A stretch of 64,000 bases of DNA from Patescibacteria group bacterium (GTDB taxonomy: Bacteria; Patescibacteriota; Patescibacteriia; UBA9570). The notes under the pieces were generated by a model that saw only the letters and a program-made list of their open reading frames with translations, was not told where the DNA came from and searched no databases. How positions within the stretch are numbered: position 1 is the stretch's first letter; each line of letters opens with the position of its first letter. This document shows positions 1 through 9,408 of the stretch, piece after piece. A program made the translations under genes and the position numbers. Where the stretch lies: NCBI GenBank assembly GCA_041665365.1, contig JBAYIY010000002.1, forward strand, positions 2,178 through 66,177, in the 5' to 3' direction.

Positions 1-930
1 TTTCCATTCATCTAAATTACTCGCGACCGTTATCGTTACTTCTTTAAGACCCGCTTTGTCTAACAGTTTCCTTGCTTGCACAGAACGCTTGTATAAATCA
101 CCACTGTCAATGGTGATGCCTTTTATTGAATTTTTCTTTCGCTTCAATTCACTAGCAACTTGGATAGCATGCTGTAATCCTCTATCAAAATTGTAGGTAT
201 CAACCATAAAATCCATCGTATTTGGAAAAATTTCTGCTGCCCGGCTCATCGCTGCCGTCTCGGTAGAAAAAGATTTGATCAAAGCATGATAGGTCTTTCT
301 GGAAGGATCACTAAACGGTAGATCATATTTCCTGCAGAAAGCCGGAATCATATTAGCACCATGCCCACCCGCAATATAAGTTGCCCGGCCGAATTTAAAA
401 GCAGATTCGTTAGATTGAGCTCGTAAACTGGCCGATGCAAGAAATTTCTTGTCTTTGGCTGCTATTACTCCTCTGATCACCTTTGATAAAAAAATGGTAT
501 TACTTGTAAAGGCGTTAATCAAGAACATCGTCATTAGATTTCCTTCAATGATCGGTGCGGTGATACGCACGACTGGCTCATCCGGAAAAAATACCGTGCC
601 CTCTGGCAAGGCATAGACATCTCCGGTGAAATGAAAGCCTCGCAGATACCGTGCAAAACGAGGAGTGATGATGTTATTTTTTTGTAAGTACCTTACTTCG
701 TCACCTGTGTACCGCCAATTCAGTATGCCACGCACTATTTCCTCTGTGCCTCCCATCAATAAAAAATTTCTGTTCTTCGGCAAGCTTCTGACAAAGAGAT
801 CAAATGTTGCAACCTGGTGCTCCATATTTGACTCAAGCCAGATTGAACCGGCGGTAAATATCTGAGGTAACTCAAAAAGATGGAGGTCAGAATGGGTAAA
901 ATATGGTGTTTGGGGAAATGGTTTAGTCAT
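1..930 (-). CDS. Nicotinate phosphoribosyltransferase (NAPRTase, PncB)-family protein. The start codon is at 928-930 and the 3' end runs off the window edge.
   Basis: Manual reverse-complement translation gives MTKPFPQTPYF...DEPVVRITAPIIEGNLMTMFLINAF...VDTYNFD...GITIDSGDL, which matches NAPRTase blocks. The start overlaps the upstream stop as TAATG. The canonical FGTRR/GTSN/GTMAHS motifs are diverged (FGRAT/GGHGAN/RKTYHA). Confidence 0.55.
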   Translation of the reverse strand, partial: MTKPFPQTPYFTHSDLHLFELPQIFTAGSIWLESNMEHQVATFDLFVRSLPKNRNFLLMGGTEEIVRGILNWRYTGDEVRYLQKNNIITPRFARYLRGFHFTGDVYALPEGTVFFPDEPVVRITAPIIEGNLMTMFLINAFTSNTIFLSKVIRGVIAAKDKKFLASASLRAQSNESAFKFGRATYIAGGHGANMIPAFCRKYDLPFSDPSRKTYHALIKSFSTETAAMSRAAEIFPNTMDFMVDTYNFDRGLQHAIQVASELKRKKNSIKGITIDSGDLYKRSVQARKLLDKAGLKEVTITVASNLDEWK

Positions 931-2234
931 TAGATCCGTTTATTTGAGAGAGGAATTAAGTGACCAAGTTTTTTGATTCTGAACTCAATCTGCGACTTAT
1001 TATATTTATGTAATTTAGTGATGAGTGGTTCACGCCGGATCTCAATATTCATCTTTTCCAAAGCGGATATCTTTTTTGGGTTATTCGTGAGAAGACGAAT
1101 CTGTTTTAATTTAAACCACTTCAGAACATCTTCGATCTCGCTGTAATCGCGGGAATCGACTGGCAAACCCAATGTGAGATAAGAATGAATCGTATCATAA
1201 CCTTCGTCTTGCTTTTGATACACGCGGATGTGGTTAAAGGCGCCAACCCCTCTGCCTTCGTGGTTGACCACATAGATAATAAGACCTTTACGCGCGCGGT
1301 GGATTACTTCCATCGCCATCTGTAGTTGCGCATGACAGTCGCAACGCTGGGAATGAAATATCTGTGCAGTATTACAAGCCGAATGAATGCGAACCAATGG
1401 CCAGTCAGTCCCTTTGACGCGACCTTTCTCTAGAGCGTAATAATCTCCGTTACGTAATCTTAAAAGGTATAATTTGAAATGCGCTACAGATTGCTTTCCT
1501 ACTAGGGCTGGCATTTTAATCGGTCCGGCGACTTTAATTTTTTGTGCAGATCGTTTTATTTCAAAGACATAAAATACCCTAGGATCTCCCTTGGGCATTG
1601 TCTTTTTGCCAATGAGTTTAACTGTAAAACTCGCCGCTTTGGCTAAACGCTTCATCATCGCAATGTCTCCATAGTTGGCTTGTGCCAGATAAATTCTTCC
1701 GTTGCGGTTGAGGTACTTACTTACTTCTGAAAAAAATCTTTTATAGGTTCGGAACCCAGAGTCCCAGAATGAAGCTTCCACAAGATCCTTGGCGGCTTTG
1801 TTACGGTAGGGCAAATTTACAGTAATAACGTCAAATTTTTCACCGGTCTCTAATTTGTTGAATAGATCGGAACAGCGCGCATCAATGATCTTTGTGAAGC
1901 CATGAGTGTGAGCGTTCTGGTTCGTAGCTCGTACTGCCACAGAATTGGTATCTACAGCCACCACCTTACTGGCTCCTTTGTATGCAGAAAATACAGCAAT
2001 CACTCCGCAGCCAGTGCCGATATCCAACACACGCTCACCGGGTTTAATCATATATTTTTTAACGAGCAGAATTGAATCCTCATACGGTACAAACACAGTG
2101 CGATAAACAATAAATTTCTTTTCACAATAATTAATCATGATGCCTTTGTTAGGTATAGTGCGCGATTGTTTTTGTTTAGTTTTTTGCAGGCGTGTGATCT
2201 TGGCCAGTTGTTTTGAAGTGAGCATAGAGATCAA
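930..2234 (-). CDS. Fusion protein: N-terminal HemK/PrmC-like class I SAM methyltransferase joined to a C-terminal GTP cyclohydrolase II (RibA-like) domain.
   Basis: N-terminus: VLDIGTGCGVIA...DVITVNLPY (NPPY-type motif as NLPY). C-terminus: LVRIHSACNTAQIFHSQRCDCHAQL...NHEGRGVG...LLTNNPKK (GCHII zinc Cys triad and signature). Confidence 0.7.
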   Translation of the reverse strand: MISMLTSKQLAKITRLQKTKQKQSRTIPNKGIMINYCEKKFIVYRTVFVPYEDSILLVKKYMIKPGERVLDIGTGCGVIAVFSAYKGASKVVAVDTNSVAVRATNQNAHTHGFTKIIDARCSDLFNKLETGEKFDVITVNLPYRNKAAKDLVEASFWDSGFRTYKRFFSEVSKYLNRNGRIYLAQANYGDIAMMKRLAKAASFTVKLIGKKTMPKGDPRVFYVFEIKRSAQKIKVAGPIKMPALVGKQSVAHFKLYLLRLRNGDYYALEKGRVKGTDWPLVRIHSACNTAQIFHSQRCDCHAQLQMAMEVIHRARKGLIIYVVNHEGRGVGAFNHIRVYQKQDEGYDTIHSYLTLGLPVDSRDYSEIEDVLKWFKLKQIRLLTNNPKKISALEKMNIEIRREPLITKLHKYNKSQIEFRIKKLGHLIPLSNKRI

Positions 2235-2256
2235 TTATTATTATTACGAAGTTGTA

Positions 2257-2976
2257 TTAAATAACTTGCCGAGCAACGTTGACGAATTTTTTTAATCGCT
2301 CAGTTTTTGGATTAATTAAAATATCACCAGTTCCCTCTTCCACAATACTACCCGCATCCAGAAAAATTACTTTGTCACTAATTTTACTTGCTAGGTGTAA
2401 CGCATGACTCACAATAACTATTCCAACTCCTCGGTTGGCAATCTGTTTAAGATGGGCAAGAATCAGATAAGATTGTTCGATATCTAACGCGGAAGTTACT
2501 TCGTCAAGTAAAAGGTAATTTGGTTTAAGGAGCAAAGCGCGTACCAGAGCCGCTCGCTGGCATTCTCCGATTGATACTTCGTTTGGGTAGCGCTCTAAAA
2601 ATGAATCCATCTGAAATAGATCGACCATTTCTGCAAAATGCTTTTCATTGATATTCTTGCGCAAAGGTAGCGTTAGATTTTGCCTAATAGTTAAATGCGG
2701 CCAAATGAAAAGTTGCTGAAAAACAATAGTCAAATTTGGATATGGAAATTTAATACATTCATCTTGTCGAATCGGAAATTGATAATTGTCTTCATCAATT
2801 TTCAATGATCCTGCATCCGGAAAATCAATTAAAGAAATGGCGCGCAAAAAAGTCGTTTTACCAGCCCCACTCGGACCAACAATAGAAATGATCTCACCAC
2901 TTTCCAAGGATAGGGAAACATTATTTAATATTTTCTTACCAGCTATTATCTTGGTGATATGAGTTGCGTGCATCAT
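2257..2976 (-). CDS. ABC transporter ATP-binding protein, polar amino-acid type
   Basis: Walker A GPSGAGKTT; ABC signature/Walker B LLLDEVTSALD; operon with permease and binding protein. Confidence 0.85.
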   Translation of the reverse strand: MMHATHITKIIAGKKILNNVSLSLESGEIISIVGPSGAGKTTFLRAISLIDFPDAGSLKIDEDNYQFPIRQDECIKFPYPNLTIVFQQLFIWPHLTIRQNLTLPLRKNINEKHFAEMVDLFQMDSFLERYPNEVSIGECQRAALVRALLLKPNYLLLDEVTSALDIEQSYLILAHLKQIANRGVGIVIVSHALHLASKISDKVIFLDAGSIVEEGTGDILINPKTERLKKFVNVARQVI

Positions 2977-2977
2977 A

Positions 2978-3646
2978 TTACTTCTCGGAATGATTTCTGG
3001 TATAAGTTTTTTTCAGCCAATAAGCCAGTACATTAAGTGGCAAACAAATAGCGATAAAAAATAAGGCCAGGGTTGTATAAATTTCGACTGGTTTGTAGAT
3101 CATGGAGTTGATTCTTTGAGCAACACGAAAAATCTCTTCAACAGAAATTAAACTGGCGAAAATTGTGGCTTGCAACATCGCCACTTGCAGAAAAAGCAAT
3201 TGCGGAATAACGGCACGCATCATCAACGGAAATTTAATTTTAGTAAATATTTCTTTTTCGCTTAGCCCACTGACTTTACCGGCAATAAAATACTGTTTCG
3301 GCAGTCCATCCAAACTATCTTTTATTATGGCTGCAACAAAAACAATATTAACAACCGAAAGACCAGCTGCTGCGGTAATAAATGGTTTGATGACAACTCC
3401 TAACATGGCTTGCAAGGGGAAGTGCAACCAAAACAAAATAACTAAAATTGGACTACTTGAGATTAGAAACCAAAACACTTTGAGCCAAGAGCCTACACCT
3501 TTTTTTTGATGTGCCCACCAGCCAAACAATACACCAAAAACTAAACCTGTCGTCCAAACAATTGCAACTAACGCCAAACTAACAAGGATGCCTGAGATGA
3601 GACCCTCCCGATATTGAATAATGATATGTGCGATCGTGTCAAACAT
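2978..3646 (-). CDS. Amino-acid ABC transporter permease
   Basis: Multi-TM hydrophobic protein between the binding protein and the ATPase; 1-nt spacing suggests translational coupling. Confidence 0.75.
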   Translation of the reverse strand: MFDTIAHIIIQYREGLISGILVSLALVAIVWTTGLVFGVLFGWWAHQKKGVGSWLKVFWFLISSSPILVILFWLHFPLQAMLGVVIKPFITAAAGLSVVNIVFVAAIIKDSLDGLPKQYFIAGKVSGLSEKEIFTKIKFPLMMRAVIPQLLFLQVAMLQATIFASLISVEEIFRVAQRINSMIYKPVEIYTTLALFFIAICLPLNVLAYWLKKTYTRNHSEK

Positions 3647-3651
3647 GTTCG

Positions 3652-4524
3652 CTATGGTACGGTATATGGTTTGACGACTGGATAAAAGGATCCTGGATAC
3701 TTTTCGTACTGATGTATTAATTCATTTATTTTCCCGTTATTCAATAGTTCTTCGAGCGCCGTATTCATCATTGACTCAAATCCAGCTTGATTTTTTGGTA
3801 TTCCCATTGTATTACCAAAAGATCGAATCGGATCATCTTTAGTTATATTTTTTACCGAACCCGGATTATTCGCCAAAAATTCTTCAGCAATAGCCGGCTG
3901 AACAAAAGTCACATCCGCTTTATGCGTTATGACATTAAGAAGTAATTGTGAGACAGGAGTATCTTGCGGCAACGAAATAACAGTTGCGTCAGGAAAATTT
4001 GATTGAGTGATAAAAGCCGACATTTCACCATCTATCGTCGCAACCGTAATATCTGGGTTATTGATATCGACTAGATCAGCAAAACGATTTTCATCTGGGC
4101 GTGTATACACACCAACCGCGCTGTAATAAAGCGGGATTGTAAAATCTATATTCTTTGCTCTGGCGGCATTAGGCCATAAGTCTGTCACGATCACATCGTA
4201 ACGACCAGCGTCTAATCCCTCTATCATTGTTCCCCAACCAGCCTCTTCAACCCAATTAATTTTGAGATCCAAATTTTCACCAGCCACCTCAAGTGCATCG
4301 TGAAAAATACCAGACAGCTCACCAGTATTTGGATCTTTGATCATGGCCGGTGGATCTACTACATAGCCAGCGCGAATTTCTCCTTTGTCCAATACGGTAG
4401 ACAAAAGATCGTCATTTTGACTGGTTCTATTTTTATCAGAGAACAAATTAACCCCAATGAAAGAGGTAATGAGGACTATCACCACAATCAGCAAAATTGA
4501 TTTATAATTGTTCAGGTTATACAT
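3652..4524 (-). CDS. Amino-acid ABC transporter substrate-binding protein, membrane-anchored
   Basis: N-terminal TM anchor followed by a periplasmic-binding-protein-like domain; first gene of the transporter operon. Confidence 0.7.
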   Translation of the reverse strand: MYNLNNYKSILLIVVIVLITSFIGVNLFSDKNRTSQNDDLLSTVLDKGEIRAGYVVDPPAMIKDPNTGELSGIFHDALEVAGENLDLKINWVEEAGWGTMIEGLDAGRYDVIVTDLWPNAARAKNIDFTIPLYYSAVGVYTRPDENRFADLVDINNPDITVATIDGEMSAFITQSNFPDATVISLPQDTPVSQLLLNVITHKADVTFVQPAIAEEFLANNPGSVKNITKDDPIRSFGNTMGIPKNQAGFESMMNTALEELLNNGKINELIHQYEKYPGSFYPVVKPYTVP

Positions 4525-4564
4525 ATTTGATTATTTAAAGTGTAAAGTAGTGCCAGATTTTGTG

Positions 4565-4710
4565 AAGGCCTTTTTCGCGACGGCGCAACGGCAAAAAACT
4601 GCAGTTTATTACGACAGAGTGCAACGACCTGCTTGTGGATAACATTTTTCAGCGACGGCTCACCTACGTTCCTAAGAAGGAACTTCGGGTGAGTAAACTC
4701 TAATGTTGGT
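4565..4710 (+). repeat. Intergenic two-box repeat element, copy A (box1 CGCGACGGCGCAACGGC; box2 TGTGGATAACATTTTTCAGCGACGGC; nested hairpin)
   Basis: About 90% identical to copy B. Contains the perfect DnaA-box nonamer TGTGGATAA and the hairpin CTCACC-tac-GTTCCT-aaga-AGGAAC-ttcg-GGTGAG. Confidence 0.7.
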
Positions 4711-4835
4711 CACTAACCCCACGTTTTAACGTGTGGGTTAGTTTGAGTTGGTTCTTCTGTCCACTATCTTTTTTCAGGGCTTTCATTTGTATTCATCTTT
4801 TCAGCGATCCATTTTTTGCAGCATTATTACAGCTG

Positions 4836-4865
4836 TTGACAAACAAAAAAGTTTTATGATATACT
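4836..4865 (+). promoter_or_regulatory. Near-consensus sigma70 promoter with extended -10
   Basis: TTGACA, 18-nt spacer, TGaTATACT. Confidence 0.5.
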
Positions 4866-4871
4866 TTTTTT

Positions 4872-5001
4872 ACTGAGCTTGTTAGGGTTTAGGCCCTCTC
4901 ACGGTTGAATACATAAAACCGTAAACAAGTCTCAGTAAATAACAAAACAAGTTATAATACAATCAATCCCCTTCTAAATCTCCAATGTGGAGTATTTTTT
5001 T
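4872..5001 (+). ncRNA. Candidate small RNA of about 130 nt, with its own sigma70-type promoter and a weak terminator
   Basis: TTGACA(4836-4841)-18 nt-TGaTATACT(4860-4865). The transcript has nested stems (gagCTTGTT...AACAAGtctc enclosing AGGGtttaggCCCT and ACGGTT...AACCGT). A 5-bp hairpin plus T7 lies at 4980-5001. There is no plus-strand ORF. Confidence 0.35.
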
Positions 5002-5014
5002 GTTTGATGTATTT

Positions 5015-5332
5015 TTAATATTTTACATTGACCATACGATATTGCCATTGAGAATTTGTATTCATTTGCTCCAGATGATTCGTTTCAAAAAATTCTTGCA
5101 AGGTATGTGATTTTTGTATAATCACAGGAGCCAATTTTAACAACCGAAAACGAATGTATTGATCTAGTTTTAATCTAGCCTTACCTTTTTTCTTAAATTT
5201 GAGATGTTCAATCCCCTTGGCATTGAAAGATACCGGCGTATGAAAGTAAGGACAATCTATTTGTCTAATAGTTTTATAAAAAGATTCTGCATCTGTTTTA
5301 GTTGATGCTAATTTTTCATCAGTTATTTCCAT
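5015..5332 (-). CDS. Hypothetical protein
   Basis: 105-aa ORF with no recognisable motifs. Confidence 0.4.
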   Translation of the reverse strand: MEITDEKLASTKTDAESFYKTIRQIDCPYFHTPVSFNAKGIEHLKFKKKGKARLKLDQYIRFRLLKLAPVIIQKSHTLQEFFETNHLEQMNTNSQWQYRMVNVKY

Positions 5333-5371
5333 TTATAAAATACTAAGTATAATATTTCGTTTTTACAAGAC

Positions 5372-5530
5372 CTTTTTCGCGACGGCGCAACGGCAAAAAA
5401 CCACACTTTATTATGACTGAGTGCAACGACTTGCTTGTGGATAACAATTTTTAGCGACGGCTCACCTACGTTCCTAAGAAGGAACTTCGGATGAGTAAAC
5501 TCTACTACGCTCGTAGGACAGAGCTTCGTA
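5372..5530 (+). repeat. Two-box repeat element, copy B
   Basis: Same architecture as copy A (box1 5377-5393; TGTGGATAA 5436-5444; hairpin). Confidence 0.7.
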
Positions 5531-5573
5531 GGAGCAGGCTCTAAAGCCAGTTAGTTAACAAGATGGTCTAGTA

Positions 5574-6473
5574 TTATTGTTTGTAAGTAACCACACTAAA
5601 CCCAGGCATATCATCAAAGAAAGAAACATCAGTTAGCTTCGCACGAGTATTCGTTGAACGTTGTGCAATACCGACTGATTGATTGAATGGATTACTGGTA
5701 ATGGTAATGTCAGCACCTGGCTGAAAATACTCTAGGAGTGGTTGGTCTGAAGCTGTGATAAAGATATCGGGAGTTTTAAGCATAATAGGTTGATCTAATG
5801 ATAACGTTTGGACAGTTTGGGTGTTTGGATCGTAGCTGAACCTAGCAAGTTCACGTTGTACTTGCACTGGTGGCATATTTTCAGATCCACTGGGTAACAG
5901 ATCATATAGTAACTTACTACGAACGCGAATGATGTATTGGTCGTGTGTTTTATCCCAATTACTATCCCAAAATGTATCAATGTAGGCTTCTGTGTTCCAA
6001 TCAAATTTTTGCGACAGGAGAGCCGTCACGTCAACACACGGTCCTAAAGTTTGGAAATCAAATGTGCTGATACAGTGAATTGAAGAATCGACTGGATTGT
6101 ATTCTAAAAAATCTTGCTGCGGTGAAAGTGATAAGTACTGGTACGTTCTATCAGCTGACTGCTCAATTAACTGGCTACCTTCTGGAGTTATGTAATAAAG
6201 ACCAGTGTCACCTACTAATAATTTTTGCGGTGACAAAAATTCTGTACTGGAGTCAGATTTGTAGGTAGTGTGCATCTTTCCATCTCCTGAAAATATATCC
6301 AACTTGTCATTACTATGAATCATAATTAGCGGCACACCATCATTCCATTGGATGGCAGACAAAGTGGCATTGTAGTTTGGTTGAGTAAGTCCTCCAAAAA
6401 AGTTTGATACCGTGGCTAAGATTATGAATAGATAGCTGATTAATGAAGGCATAATGTTATTACTTTTATACAT
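5574..6473 (-). CDS. Secreted hypothetical protein with an N-terminal signal/anchor
   Basis: Hydrophobic N-terminus MPSLISYLFIILATV; 299 aa. Confidence 0.5.
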   Translation of the reverse strand: MYKSNNIMPSLISYLFIILATVSNFFGGLTQPNYNATLSAIQWNDGVPLIMIHSNDKLDIFSGDGKMHTTYKSDSSTEFLSPQKLLVGDTGLYYITPEGSQLIEQSADRTYQYLSLSPQQDFLEYNPVDSSIHCISTFDFQTLGPCVDVTALLSQKFDWNTEAYIDTFWDSNWDKTHDQYIIRVRSKLLYDLLPSGSENMPPVQVQRELARFSYDPNTQTVQTLSLDQPIMLKTPDIFITASDQPLLEYFQPGADITITSNPFNQSVGIAQRSTNTRAKLTDVSFFDDMPGFSVVTYKQ

Positions 6474-6587
6474 CGTTTAATAAGGTATATACATACTAAT
6501 ACGATGCATACATTTTGTCCATAGTCCACAGCTACTTATCAAGACCATTTTGGAATTTTCTTTGATGCTTCTCAAAAAAATACAATG

Positions 6588-6665
6588 CCGGATAACATTT
6601 TTCAGCGACAGCTCACCTGCGTTCCTAAGAAGGAACTTCGGATGAGTAAACTCTACTACGCCACT
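6588..6665 (+). repeat. Partial repeat element, copy C (degenerate box2 plus hairpin)
   Basis: GCCGGATAACATTTTTCAGCGACAGCTCACCTGCGTTCCTAAGAAGGAACTTCGGATGAG. Confidence 0.6.
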
Positions 6666-6808
6666 TTTTCAAATATACAAAAACGAAAGAAGCTCTTAGT
6701 TAACACGATGTGTAGTCGCGTCAACGTTGAGCTTCGGCAGTACACAGACGACAGCTGGCGAACATTGCTGTTCAACAACCGATCTGGTCTGGTACTGAAT
6801 GTATCTGA

Positions 6809-9313
6809 CTAGCAGGGCGGTGCTGAGGTAGCGGTACCGAGATACCACCACTCGTAGTCGTCGTGACAACCGCCGGCGTAGTAGCCAGAGCAGCTGCCAT
6901 CACAACCTTCGTCCACCGTGCCGTCACAGTTGTTGTCGTTCCAGTCACCCCGTTCTGGTGCGCCCGAGTAGGTAGTTGCATCCCACCAGGCACAGTCGAA
7001 GGAGTCATCGTAGCCGTCGCCGTCCGAATCTGCCGCGCTGGAGCCGCAGACATAGGTTAGCGAACCGGTCGAGTAGTAACTTTCGTAGTCGTCGGTGCAG
7101 CCATCCCAGTAGGCGCCACCGCAACCGTAGTCACAGCTCTCGTCCGTGCTTCCATCACAATCGTTGTCGACCCAGTCGGCCAATTCAGGCGCACCGGGAT
7201 AGATGGACGCACTCCACCAACCACAATCGACAGTATCATCGTAACCGTCGCCGTCGTAGTCGCTGGCAGTGGGCGTACTGCAAGAGCTGCTCGACGCACA
7301 GTCGGAGTCTCCACAGTCCACTAGCCCATCCAGATCATTGTCCATGCCATCGGAACAGTAGAGTTCGGCGCAGGGCACATCGCCCCCAACGCAGTCATCA
7401 TCCGTTCCGTTGCCACAGATCTCTGGTGCTCCATAGTAGATGGCTGTGTTGCTGTCGTTGCAGTCATTTCCACCACAGCCCGTGGCCGTCTGGCCGTCAC
7501 CGTCGATGTCGCAGGAGGTATCGCTCTCGTCGGTGGTGTCACTCGTACTAGTCGTATCGTCCTCATCCATTGGATCGATCGCCATGCCGTTGAGTGATCG
7601 AACCTCTGTACTCGTCCGAACACCGAAGTTTCCGAACAGAATATGAGGCCGGCCGTAGGTTGAACTCAAACCAGTGATCAATTGAGACTGATCCACCTGC
7701 TCTTCGAAGCTGTTGCCGGCATTGCTCCGTGCCAGATACAGAGTTGTACCGTTGGAACGAATCAGATCGGCGTAGGCGTCGAGGTAGTCCAGAGGATAGA
7801 TGGTATAGTCACCATCCGTACCACCGACATCGGTACCCATCACTGCGATGGTGAAGGTACTCGTGCTGTTGTTATAGTGACCAGCTTCAATTTCCACACT
7901 GGAGTCACGTTCGTCGATGCGAATGATCTCATCGCTACCGTCACCATTAGTGTCGGCGACAACGAACTCATCCGTGGGCAATGCCCAACCAGTGCTGATG
8001 TTGGTCACGCTGCCAGAACTGCTCAGACGTTGCCAGGTCAGAGTGCTCCCCGAACCAGCGAAGGCTTCCGCCTCACCGTTGCCGTTGAAGTCGCCAACTA
8101 AGACGACACTACTGGTGGTTCCGAAGCTGGTGCTCCAGGTGACCGCGTCACCGAACCGACCGTTATCGCTGTCGTTGAGAAAGTACTTCCAAGTCAGAGT
8201 GCCGTCGGTGTTGGCGAAGACCAGAATCAGATCCGCGCGCCCATCTCCGTCCACATCATCCAAGAACGCTTTGACCGCTTCACCGGACGTCTTCTTCCAG
8301 CGGGTCTGAGTGTTGAGCTCTCCTTCCCCATTGGACAGGTAGACATTGGTGTAGGTGTAACCAGGCTTGATCCGCACTTGCACCAAGTCATCCCAGCCAT
8401 CGCTATTCATGTCTCCGGAGAGCCAGGACAGAATGGTGGCAGTAGAGCCAGTGTTGGTGTAGGAGAAGTAGTTACCGGACAGTGCAGTATCCTCACCCGA
8501 ACCCGTCACCTCGTAACCGTAGATGTCGAACTTGCCACTGCTGTTAGGTTCGACAGTCATGAGGTGAGTGGTGGTAGTAGTGGAGGTAGTGGCTGAGGAA
8601 GATCCGTCGTTTGTAGATTCGTAGTAGTTGCCTGCAACGTAATCCACAAACTGGATACCTTCCATTTCAACTCCATCAAGCTCACTGGTGTAGCTGTAGC
8701 CGCTGCCGTTGTACTTGATGGAGAAGTGCAGATGGGTACCAGTTGAATCTCCCGTCGTGCCAATCGCACCGAGAATTTCGCCCTGTGCCACGGTCTTGCC
8801 GATGTAGAGCGAAGACGGAATTGAATCCGCAGCGAGGTGGTAGTAGAGAGTGGTATATCCGTCACTGTGGTCGAGCTTGACGTAGCAAGCAAAATGACCT
8901 TCGCTCGCCTTGCCCTGAGTGCAGCCAGTCGTTACCATGTCAATGATCGTGCCAGCGGCGACTGCCACAGCAGGATCACCACTGTAGCGATCTTAGAAGT
9001 CGATGGCATAGTAGCCATTGTTGGCATCAGTATGCCATGAATCGATGCCACCATGTAGAATCTCGGCAACCACACCACCAGCTTCCACGTTGCACCGAAT
9101 GAGATCGCCAGGCTGCATCGGCATCTTGAGCTCGGGACCCGTATAGCCAGTGGCCTTGAGAGAAATACCCGATCGACCAGATGCACTGACATTGTCACCA
9201 CATTCAGCACCCGGCAGTGATGGATCACAATCGCCGAAGCTGCAGGCGACCAGATCGGCGAACCCGAACATCACGAAGAGGCTGATCATGAGGAGGCGGA
9301 TGTACCGTTCCAT
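6809..9313 (-). pseudogene. Secreted M23 (LytM-type) peptidase with FG-GAP repeats and a C-terminal Cys/Asp-rich repeat region. It is interrupted by an in-frame TAA at 8993-8995. It is compositionally foreign (GC-rich).
   Basis: ORFs 8993..9379 and 6809..8968 are in the same frame. The M23 block ...GYYAIDF*DRYSGDPAVAVAAGTIID...STGTHLHFS spans the stop. The region has RBS AGGAG and signal peptide MERYIRLLMISLFVMFGFADLVA. FG-GAP-like DVDGDGRADL/GDFNGNGEAEA/ADTNGDGSDEI repeats are followed by DxDxDG...CxxxDCDD...PGAPE..CDGxDNDCDG repeats. GC is about 55-60% against about 35% in the flanks. Confidence 0.55.
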
Positions 9314-9408
9314 TGGAAGACTCCTGGATTGTGAAGGAACGACTCTAGTCAAGAAGATTCCTGAGCTAGCAGAGCCCATCTAGTTGAAATAGATGGACCG
9401 GTGTTAAA

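Noticed and set aside
3165-3509. Plus-strand ORF of 114 aa inside the ABC permease gene
   Set aside because: It is antisense to a well-supported permease CDS and has no motifs. It is a typical shadow ORF.
8993-8995. Alternative genetic code (stop-codon reassignment) to explain the in-frame TAA
   Set aside because: All other genes in the window terminate normally, and long ORFs are intact under the standard code. TGA and TAA are not recoded elsewhere. A single event is better explained by mutation or sequencing error.
6863-9228. Multiple long ORFs on both strands inside the M23 gene (6863..7060, 6976..7551, 7057..7314, 7321..7623, 7682..8101, 7917..8309, 8557..8892 and others)
   Set aside because: They are artefacts of high GC content (few stop codons in any frame). 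They have Arg/His/Ser-rich low-complexity translations and overlap a well-supported CDS.
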